Made by a program: the position numbers and the translations under genes. From positions 1-20,163 of the forward strand of contig BTVV01000114.1 of NCBI GenBank assembly GCA_045863855.1: 20,163 bases of DNA. Direction: 5' to 3'. Shown in pieces: positions 8,695-16,262 of the stretch. The notes below the pieces were generated by a model. It was not told the origin of the DNA and made no database searches. It saw nothing but the letters and a program-made list of their open reading frames with translations. Positions within the stretch are counted from its first letter, which is position 1; every line of letters begins with the position of its first letter. This stretch comes from Planctomycetota bacterium (GTDB lineage: Bacteria > Planctomycetota > SZUA-567 > H5-PLA8).

Positions 8695-10539
8695 TTACTC
8701 CAGCAACGTGGCCGTAAGAAATGTGAAGAGCGCTTGCATGCCGCCGTGATCGATGCCTGCGACGGCTTGCATGGCGCGCTCGCGCTGCTTCTCAGCGAGT
8801 AACTCCGCGGTTACGGCCACTTCGTGCTTATAATAAATATCGCGCAGTTCGGCGAGCCGAGCTTGGAGGGCTTCGGGTTCGAGCGATTCGGGTTCTTCAC
8901 GCGCGGATAGAAGCAGCAGCTCGGACTGAATGTCGTCTGCACGTTCAAGCGCCAGCGCGAATAAAATGGTTGGCCTTCCGTGCAAGATATCGCCGCAGGC
9001 TTTAACCTTATTGCCCGGATCGGGCTGAAGATCTTTAAGGTCGTTCTGAATCTGGTATGCGACGCCCAGATGCTTGCAGAAGCGTTCGATTTCCTCGTCC
9101 CATATTCCCGCCGCTCCGCCCAGCACCACGCCGGCATACAAGGCTATGTCGAAGGCCGGCGCGGTCTTCAATCCATACAGCCGCAGAACGTCCAACGGCG
9201 CGATCTGCTTATCTCGGCTCTTGCGCCAGAGCAACTCGGCGCCTTGCCCTTCGGCCAGTTTCACGTGTGCTTCACTCAGCTTGCCCATGATCTTGGCCAC
9301 GGCATCCGCGCCAATCTCGCCCAACTGCTCGGCGACGATCCGATAGCCGCGTCCCAACAAGTAGTCGCCGATATTCAACGCCACGGGTACGCTATGGCTC
9401 TTATGCAACGTCTCGGTTCCGTAACGGAAGTCGTCGTCGTCCTCGATGTCGTCGTGGATTAGCGATGCTTTGTGGAAGAACTCCATCGCCGCCGCCACGC
9501 GCTTGACCGAATCCGGAACTTCATCCCGGTCGCTTAGCGCTTGCCAGGCCGCTTGGGTCAGGAACGGCCGGAACCGCTTTCCGCCTTTGCGCATCCAGGC
9601 TACCGAAATGCGCTCGGTCTCGGCCACGCGATCTCCACGCGGAAGTTCCGCACGATCGGCGGGAACCAGCGCCTCCAGCGGCTTGGGGTCGAAATCGTGA
9701 ACCACATCGCGTAGCAGCGGTACGAAGCTTCGGGTGCGCTGCGCGCCAACTCGCTGAATGCCCAGCGCCTGCATGACCCAATCTTCGTCCACCTCGGTGT
9801 TGTGGCAGGTGTCGCGCAGGAGCGGAATCGCGATGGCCGGAATGCCGAGTTGAAGCACGCGGTCGAAGGCCTTTTCGAGCACGTTCAGGCACGCCACGCC
9901 CAGGATGCCTTCGACTTCGCCGCTGGCAATCAGGCGCAGCACCACCGGAGTGCCTTCGGCGATCAAGACGTTGTATCCCAGCCGCTTTCCGATTTGATCG
10001 AAGTCGGCCAGCGAACAGAGTCCGCAATTGTTGCAGTGGAGCTGGACTTCGTCGAGCTTCGCCGTGCAGTTTTCAGCCTGCTTAAGGCAATGCGGCATGC
10101 TGAACAGGCGCTTTTCGAAAGGCACCGTAGCGAACTGGTCGCGCCAGTATTCGTTATTCAGCATCACCATCGCGAAGCCAAGGTAGGTGTCGTCGTAGCC
10201 CAACGGACCCAGCAGGTCACGGCCCAATTCGGCCAAGCGTTGCTTGGTGGGCGGACGGTCCCGCGGAATCAAGTGTGCCGAACGTGCGGCCGCCTGCCGC
10301 AAAGACTCACGATCTTCCTTGCGCTCGGGAATGCTCTTGAAAAGTTCGCCGGCCGGGCGCCATTCGTCATGCCGATAAGCCTGCGGAGCGCGCGCCTTGA
10401 CGGTGCGCTCGGCGCCGTTGCGCTCAAGTTCCTCGGTCTGGCCGCGCGCCTCTTGCCGCGGCCAGACGGGTGCCGGATACGGAGCGCCCACCAGAGGTTC
10501 GGCGCGCGGTTCGTAATCGTCGTTCGTATGTGCGGCCAT
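8695..10539 (-). CDS. Fusion protein: Cys-rich DUF116-like domain + trans-polyprenyl diphosphate synthase
   Basis: The C-terminal part has 'GGKRFRP', FARM DDIED (9439-9453) followed by 'FRYG', 'EGQ', 'KTA' and SARM variant 'YQIQNDLKD' (NDLKD at 9031-9045). The N-terminal part has 'PHCL....C...CNNCGLC...GILGVAC...LL.DTC.NT', typical of DUF116. Start ATG 10539 (alternative TTG 10548). Confidence 0.88.
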   Translation of the reverse strand: MAAHTNDDYEPRAEPLVGAPYPAPVWPRQEARGQTEELERNGAERTVKARAPQAYRHDEWRPAGELFKSIPERKEDRESLRQAAARSAHLIPRDRPPTKQRLAELGRDLLGPLGYDDTYLGFAMVMLNNEYWRDQFATVPFEKRLFSMPHCLKQAENCTAKLDEVQLHCNNCGLCSLADFDQIGKRLGYNVLIAEGTPVVLRLIASGEVEGILGVACLNVLEKAFDRVLQLGIPAIAIPLLRDTCHNTEVDEDWVMQALGIQRVGAQRTRSFVPLLRDVVHDFDPKPLEALVPADRAELPRGDRVAETERISVAWMRKGGKRFRPFLTQAAWQALSDRDEVPDSVKRVAAAMEFFHKASLIHDDIEDDDDFRYGTETLHKSHSVPVALNIGDYLLGRGYRIVAEQLGEIGADAVAKIMGKLSEAHVKLAEGQGAELLWRKSRDKQIAPLDVLRLYGLKTAPAFDIALYAGVVLGGAAGIWDEEIERFCKHLGVAYQIQNDLKDLQPDPGNKVKACGDILHGRPTILFALALERADDIQSELLLLSAREEPESLEPEALQARLAELRDIYYKHEVAVTAELLAEKQRERAMQAVAGIDHGGMQALFTFLTATLLE

Positions 10540-10567
10540 ATGAAACAAGACTCTCTAAGGCTTGGGT

Positions 10568-12370
10568 TTACTGCCCATTCGAAGCGATCATTTCATGTTG
10601 CCGCGCGGAAGCAAGCCCGCCTGCCTTATTCGTCGCCAATCCGCCTAGCGCGAAGCAGAGCGGGTACAACTCTTCGTAGTACCAAAGCACCGCGAAGTAA
10701 AATCCAATGGGGGAGGGTTCCCAGGACCCGTCTTCCCGCTGGTGCTCGATCAGCCACCGAGCCGCTCGGGCGCAGGCCGGATCGGCACGCCCGTTCTGGT
10801 GTGCAGCTAAGGCACGCAGCGCCAAGCCGGTTTCTTCGGCACTGCCAGGCGCGTCTGAAGTTCCGCCAAAAGCTCCATCTTCATGCTGAATGGAGCGCAG
10901 CCAAGCCAGCGCGCGGTCGCGCAAAGGCATCGGAGCCATTTCGTGCGCACACGCCAAGAGAACCTGGGCGGTTCCGTAGGTAGCGTTTAATTCATCGGAG
11001 GCCGCTTCGCAGCCGAACCAGAGCGGCGAGAACGAGCCGTCCGGCCGCTGCACACATTCTAAGTATCTCCACGCCTTGGCGTAAGCAGGGTACGCCGTGG
11101 CCCCTAATGCCTGCATCGCGCGCAACGCATGGGCGGTGAGATCCGGAGCGCTTTGGTCAAACGGGAGCCTCTGCCAGCCCCGGCAAAAGGTGGGGATTCC
11201 ACCGTCACGGTTTTGAAGCGTGAGCAGCCAGCGTAAGCCAGCTTGAAGCTGAGGTGCTTGGGCAGGAACGCCTAGCGCACGTAGCGCCAGCACTGCACCG
11301 GCCGTATCGTCGGCGTCGGGCACCGCACCGTCGAGGTCGTTCCAACCCCAGCCGCCGGGCGCGGTGCCGGTATACGGATGGTGGGACTTCGTCTGGCAGG
11401 CGAGCAGCCAGTCGCGCGTCTTCGCGCGCTCGGAAGAGTCCAGTGCTTCCTCCAGCAGGCCGGCGCCGTGGAGTGCATCGATCGCACGCGTGGTGTTCCA
11501 GGTGGCGAGGTGCACTTCCACCGGCCATCCGCCATCGGCGCGTTGGGTGGCCGCCAGAAAGCGTGCTGCGTTCCGTGCGACCTGATGCTCAGATTGACCT
11601 GCCGCATGCAAACCCAGCAAACAGAATGCGGTGATGGGGATTGCCTCAAGGAAGCCACCGCTTTTCGGCTGCATCGAAGCCGTAAGCCTCAGCGCTCGTG
11701 CGGCACTCCAGGCTCGAAGCGCGCGCACATGCGGCCAAGCGCTCGGCGCCTGGGCATGCCGTGACAAGCCAACGCAGACAAGCGCGGGGAGCGCGTAACT
11801 TACGACCGGAAGCCCGATCGCCCCCATGACGCCCCGCGGCACCAAGGCCAACTCGAACGGAAGCGGATCGACCTCGCGCCAGTCAAGTAAGCCCGCCGCC
11901 GCCGCCGCCATGCGGATCGGCACCTGGAAGGTCAGATCGCGGCCGTAGACGCGCGCCAAGCCTTGGCGAAGTCCGCCAAGGTTATCGACGAAACGCTCAG
12001 CGCGCTCGCGGGCAACTTCAGTGAGCAAGGCAGCTGGGCGTTGCAGGGCAACCGAGGACGCCTCACGAGCCCAAAGCTGTTCCCGCTGAAGCGCGTCGGT
12101 GCTTAACACGAGCAGCGTCGCGGCCAAGTTGGACTTCGAGCGATCCGTATCGCCCCAGCCGCCATCGGGATTCTGGGTACGCCGCAGGTACTCGGCCGCG
12201 GCAGAGCGGTCGAGAAGGACCGCGGGCTCGTGCGCCAAAGCGGCGAGCGCCACGGCGGTGGCGAGTGGCGAAGTCGCCAAGCGGCCTTCCCAATACCCAT
12301 CGGGATGGCGTTGCGCGCGAAGCGCCTTCAGCGCCCGGGAACGGCTTTGTTCCAAGGAATCTAGGCCCAA
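10568..12370 (-). CDS. Squalene-hopene cyclase-like class II terpene cyclase (divergent)
   Basis: Catalytic DxDDTA motif (DADDTA, 11300-11317) and multiple QW repeats (QNPDGGW, QRADGGW, QNRDGG, QRPDGSF, QHEDGAF, QREDGSW); 600 aa; TTG start with upstream AGGCGG. Confidence 0.88.
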   Translation of the reverse strand: MGLDSLEQSRSRALKALRAQRHPDGYWEGRLATSPLATAVALAALAHEPAVLLDRSAAAEYLRRTQNPDGGWGDTDRSKSNLAATLLVLSTDALQREQLWAREASSVALQRPAALLTEVARERAERFVDNLGGLRQGLARVYGRDLTFQVPIRMAAAAAGLLDWREVDPLPFELALVPRGVMGAIGLPVVSYALPALVCVGLSRHAQAPSAWPHVRALRAWSAARALRLTASMQPKSGGFLEAIPITAFCLLGLHAAGQSEHQVARNAARFLAATQRADGGWPVEVHLATWNTTRAIDALHGAGLLEEALDSSERAKTRDWLLACQTKSHHPYTGTAPGGWGWNDLDGAVPDADDTAGAVLALRALGVPAQAPQLQAGLRWLLTLQNRDGGIPTFCRGWQRLPFDQSAPDLTAHALRAMQALGATAYPAYAKAWRYLECVQRPDGSFSPLWFGCEAASDELNATYGTAQVLLACAHEMAPMPLRDRALAWLRSIQHEDGAFGGTSDAPGSAEETGLALRALAAHQNGRADPACARAARWLIEHQREDGSWEPSPIGFYFAVLWYYEELYPLCFALGGLATNKAGGLASARQHEMIASNGQ

Positions 12371-12397
12371 GCATGCACCGCCTAAAATTGAGTGTAC

Positions 12398-12856
12398 TCA
12401 GTCCTGCTTTAACGTGTCGGCTTCAATCCAGCAGGGTACCGACGTCAGGCATGTGAAGCCGATCTTTTTGTAGAAGGTCAGTGCGGTGTCGCGGCTGTCG
12501 AGGTAGATCCGCGTCTGCCCGTGTGCTTTGGCGTAGGTCGCCAGCCAGCGCAGCAATGCCTGCCCGTAGCCCTTGCCTCGTACGCTCGAAGCGGTAACCA
12601 AATCATCCACGAACATATGCGGCCCACGCGCCAGCGTGCACGAAAATCGAATGCCGGCCAGTACCACCAACTCCGGAGCGAATCCGCCAATCAAGACATA
12701 GCCTTCGGCTTCCTGCCGCCGGACTTGGGCGAGGAACTGCTCGCGCTTCAAATGCGTGCGCAATTCCTGCGTCAGCGCGAACGCACTTTCGATCTCGGCA
12801 TCGGTCCGAAGTTCACGAGCCGCAAGAGGGGGAATGGATTTATCGGATAGGCTCAC
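12398..12856 (-). CDS. GNAT family N-acetyltransferase
   Basis: Motif A 'VDDLVTASSVRGKGYGQALL' and motif B 'ALTFYKKIGF'; the GTG start overlaps the radical SAM stop (GTGA). Confidence 0.9.
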   Translation of the reverse strand: MSLSDKSIPPLAARELRTDAEIESAFALTQELRTHLKREQFLAQVRRQEAEGYVLIGGFAPELVVLAGIRFSCTLARGPHMFVDDLVTASSVRGKGYGQALLRWLATYAKAHGQTRIYLDSRDTALTFYKKIGFTCLTSVPCWIEADTLKQD

Positions 12857-14151
12857 GAAATCGCACCCATGCCGAAAAAGACCTGGCTCTTCAGCAACCT
12901 GTAAAACCAGAAATCCTCGGGTATCTCCTCGCCGGGCAAATGCTGGCTGTGCCGTGGCGTAATCGAGTTCAATTCCTGATAGGCCGTGCCTCGGCCGCTG
13001 AAGTCCCGTGCGTCGGTGCTTTTCAGAAAGTCATGCAGTTCCTGCGGGTGCTCCAGGATCACGCAACCTTTGGTCCGCTCTTTCACGAACTTCTGGAAGC
13101 CGCGCAACATAGGGCTTTCGTTGATGACTGGATAAAGGTCCGCGCCGTCGCGCACGGTTTCGCGCGCGAAGGAGAGCGCCGGGCAGATCTCGATGCTGCC
13201 TTGCGGGCCGATGTGGAATCCCAGGCCCGTGGCCGCCGGACAGAAGGCTTCGCCCGTGGCCGTCCAGTAGGTGTCGATCACCAGGATCGGCTGCGTGCGC
13301 CGAAGTTCGAGCAGTCTCTTGCGGAACCAGAGCAACTGGTCTTTGCTAACGCAGTACTCCGGATGCGGTTGCGGGCTCATCGGGCGGTACACGTAGTACC
13401 AGATGTACTGCGCGCCGGAGTCTATGAAGTGCTTCACGTATGCATCGCTCATCACGTCGGCCATGTTCTTGCCGGTTGCCGTGGTGGCGATACCAAACAT
13501 GATCTTCGCCGTCTTCAGTCGTACCAAGCCTTTGGCGGCGGCCTCGAATACGCCTGATCCGCGGCGCAGGTCGTTCTGATCGGCATATCCGTCGAGGCTG
13601 ATGAGCGGCGTGACGTTGCCCAATTCGGCCAGCTTCGCGACCGTCTGCTCGTTGAAAAACATCCCGTTGGTGATGACCTGGAAGTAACAGTCTGGATGCC
13701 TCGCGAAAATTTCCAGCAACCCCTTGTACATGAAGGGTTCGCCGCCCAGGAGCGTGTAGTAGTACGCGTTGCGCTTCTTGCCGCTCACGATAATCCGGTC
13801 GATTTCCTCGGGCGTGAGGTAGAAGGCGGTTCCTTCCTTTTCGACCCAGCATCCGTGACAGCGCAAATTGCAGGTGTTGGTGAGCGCGATAAACATGAAC
13901 GGCGGGTACAGTTCGCCTCGATCGAGCCGGCCTTTATAGGCGCGGATGGCCTTGAAGCCCTTCCATCCATACAGGTAGGCGGCTTTCCAAAGCGCGCGAA
14001 TGGAAAGGTCGCGCGCGGCGCGCCAGCCCATATGGGCAAGATTCAGATGCTCACGCACGAACGAGCGTCGCGTATCCAACGGCGGAAGAACCGCCGACGC
14101 CGCCAGTGGCGTGCTGGGGGTGGAGGCCGGTGTTGCGGTTGTTTGAGTCAT
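12853..14151 (-). CDS. Radical SAM enzyme with C-terminal SPASM/twitch-like Cys residues
   Basis: CNLRCHGC (13849-13872), 'LGGEPF', 'ITNG', 'ISLDG', 'RRGSGVF' and C-terminal 'CPA...HIGPQGSIEICP...GC'; the ATG overlaps the upstream TGA (TGATG). Confidence 0.93.
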   Translation of the reverse strand: MTQTTATPASTPSTPLAASAVLPPLDTRRSFVREHLNLAHMGWRAARDLSIRALWKAAYLYGWKGFKAIRAYKGRLDRGELYPPFMFIALTNTCNLRCHGCWVEKEGTAFYLTPEEIDRIIVSGKKRNAYYYTLLGGEPFMYKGLLEIFARHPDCYFQVITNGMFFNEQTVAKLAELGNVTPLISLDGYADQNDLRRGSGVFEAAAKGLVRLKTAKIMFGIATTATGKNMADVMSDAYVKHFIDSGAQYIWYYVYRPMSPQPHPEYCVSKDQLLWFRKRLLELRRTQPILVIDTYWTATGEAFCPAATGLGFHIGPQGSIEICPALSFARETVRDGADLYPVINESPMLRGFQKFVKERTKGCVILEHPQELHDFLKSTDARDFSGRGTAYQELNSITPRHSQHLPGEEIPEDFWFYRLLKSQVFFGMGAIS

Positions 14152-15059
14152 CAAAGATCCACTTGGTCGAAAGCGTCGGTGAGCTTCTCGACTTCATCGG
14201 CGCTGGGTGGCTTACGGCCGGCCTTGAGCAATTCGCGGTCGCGTTCGAGCGCCGCTTGGTGGCGCGCTTTGGGCTTCCCGAAGATTTTTGAGAGATCGAG
14301 TTTCAAACTGCCACGGTCCCCGTCGTCCTGGCCGCCGGCAATGGCCGCATTGGTCGCGTACTTGGGGAACACAATGGCGCCCACCGGACAGACGCGCGCA
14401 CAGGCCGGACAATCGCTGCGGCATTCGTCCTGATTTGTCACGCGAAGCGTTCCGTCCGCATCCACGCCGTAGACGCCGAAGAGGCAAAAATCGAGGCACT
14501 CCATGCAGTTGGTGCAGGCGTCGTAGTCGACCACCGGGTACCAGCGAGCGGAGAGCTTCGCGTTCTCGGGATTCGGCAGTGCCTGTTCCGCCAAGTCGCC
14601 TCGTTGCCGCGGCGTAAGCCCATCGGAGGGGGGATCGGTTTTGGGTGGAGCGGTTACTACGGCGCTGGCGCTACCGGCGAGAATCTTCTTCACGCGTTCG
14701 GCCAGCACCGCAGGCTCCTCCTCGCGCGCATCCAGGCAATGCAGCGCGCGCGTGCGCCCGTTTACGTCGATTCCATGGCGCGCAAGAATCCATTTCAGGG
14801 CGCGCGGGTAATGCCATCCGATGAAGATCAGATCGCCTGGAGCCTCTCGCAGAAGGCGGGTGTCGTCGTCTTCCTCATAGCGGTCGTAAATCGATTCGAC
14901 TTCCAGAAACCCGACGCCTTTGGCGCGCAACGCGGCCGCGAGGTTTTCGAATTCCTGTTGGAGTTGCCCCCGCTCCTCTTGCGGTACGCGAGAATAGACC
15001 ACCGTTGCGGTCCGCACGGGTAACGCGGTTCCAGCCAAGGCGCTAGCCATAAAGTTCAT
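14151..15059 (-). CDS. 4Fe-4S dicluster (ferredoxin) domain protein with ~170-aa N-terminal domain
   Basis: CTNCMECLDFC and CRSDCPACARVCP motifs. ATG 15059 overlaps the upstream stop (ATGA) and follows a GGAGG RBS. Confidence 0.88.
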   Translation of the reverse strand: MNFMASALAGTALPVRTATVVYSRVPQEERGQLQQEFENLAAALRAKGVGFLEVESIYDRYEEDDDTRLLREAPGDLIFIGWHYPRALKWILARHGIDVNGRTRALHCLDAREEEPAVLAERVKKILAGSASAVVTAPPKTDPPSDGLTPRQRGDLAEQALPNPENAKLSARWYPVVDYDACTNCMECLDFCLFGVYGVDADGTLRVTNQDECRSDCPACARVCPVGAIVFPKYATNAAIAGGQDDGDRGSLKLDLSKIFGKPKARHQAALERDRELLKAGRKPPSADEVEKLTDAFDQVDL

Positions 15060-16246
15060 GGCCGGCCTCCCTTGTTTGGCCCGCGCTTGGGTTTGAATAC
15101 ATCGCGCAAAATCTGGCACGGATTCTCGGCGCCGACCGTGCACGCTTCCGGCAGCGGCAGGCGATGCTGCGGAACCGGCCGGCCCGGGCTGAAACATTCC
15201 AAGCGTTCGGTCGCGACGCTCAGGCCCGAGGTCGAGGCGAGCGTCAGCGCGTCTCGAACCGCACGTTCCAGTTCTGCGGGAGCCATGTGCACTCGGGCAT
15301 TCAGAATCAACAGGGCTTTCCGCGACGGTTCTTCCGAAGTGCCCTGAACCAGCAGGAATGGCGTTCCGCGATTGCTGGTCAAATTACCGATTAATGCGTG
15401 TCCAGGGGCGGTGAGCGACAGCTTCACGTGCGCAACTTCGGCCCCGCTTGAGGCAAAAGCGTCTTTCAATGCGCGGAGTAGATCGAGGCATACGGGCTTC
15501 CACGCCCGATCTTCGGTCGCGTGGAGCCGAACGGCCGCGTTCAGCCAGCCTAGCTCGGCCTCGCCTTCGGCATACACATCGTAGTCCACATGAATCGCCT
15601 GCCGCGCGGAGGGGCGCTCGGAAAGCATTTCGTCCAACCAGTCGTCCAGCCCGTCGCCGTTCAACGCCGAGAACGCTCGAACCTGCGCACGCGGGAAAAG
15701 CTGGCCAAGCCGCTCGTGAAGCGCTGATCGTTCCGGCGCCGGCAACGCATCGGACTTGTTCAGCGCGATCGTGTCGGCCTCTTCCAATTGCTTCGAGAAG
15801 ATGTAGCGCACCTTCTCCGAAAAGGGATTGTGCGGACCGGGCTCCAGCAAGCCGGTCAGCCGTTCGGGATCGACCAGCACCGTATACGGAGCGATCGTAT
15901 AGCGGTCCTTGAGGAACTGCGCCAGCGGACGCAGCACCGTGGCCGCCAAGTCGGTACAACTTCCCACCGGCTCGCAAAGCAGCACATCGGGTGCGTGGCG
16001 TTCAAGCAGCCGCGCGCCGGCATCGGCCAAATCGCGAAACCGGCAGCAGAAGCATCCGCCGCTGACCTCTTCAACGCCAAAGCCTTCGCGACGCAGGGTT
16101 TCGGTGTCCACCAAGTCGGCGGCTTGGTCGTTGGTGACCATCGCTACCTTGAGCCCGCGCGACGTGAGACGACGCCCGGCTTGCCGGAGCAAGGTCGTCT
16201 TGCCCGCGCCCAGGAATCCGCCCACCAAGATCACGCGGACCGCCAT
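15056..16246 (-). CDS. CobW/COG0523-family (G3E) P-loop GTPase metallochaperone
   Basis: Walker A 'GGFLGAGKTT', 'TNDQ', CxCC motif 'GGCFCC', Walker B 'CEPVG' and 'NKSD'; ATG 16246 follows GGAGG. Confidence 0.92.
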   Translation of the reverse strand: MAVRVILVGGFLGAGKTTLLRQAGRRLTSRGLKVAMVTNDQAADLVDTETLRREGFGVEEVSGGCFCCRFRDLADAGARLLERHAPDVLLCEPVGSCTDLAATVLRPLAQFLKDRYTIAPYTVLVDPERLTGLLEPGPHNPFSEKVRYIFSKQLEEADTIALNKSDALPAPERSALHERLGQLFPRAQVRAFSALNGDGLDDWLDEMLSERPSARQAIHVDYDVYAEGEAELGWLNAAVRLHATEDRAWKPVCLDLLRALKDAFASSGAEVAHVKLSLTAPGHALIGNLTSNRGTPFLLVQGTSEEPSRKALLILNARVHMAPAELERAVRDALTLASTSGLSVATERLECFSPGRPVPQHRLPLPEACTVGAENPCQILRDVFKPKRGPNKGGRP

Positions 16247-16262
16247 GCCCTGCCTCCAACCG

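Noticed and set aside
10568..14151. Calling this a standard hopanoid (shc/hpnH) cluster
   Set aside because: hpnCDE, hpnG and other hpn genes are absent from the window, the cyclase active-site segments diverge, and the radical SAM does not show a recognisable HpnH pattern.
1421..14433. Long antisense or alternative-frame ORFs (e.g. 1421-2374, 4428-5408, 9802-10983, 13696-14433)
   Set aside because: They are shadow ORFs expected in GC-rich DNA, lie opposite well-supported genes and have no recognisable motifs.
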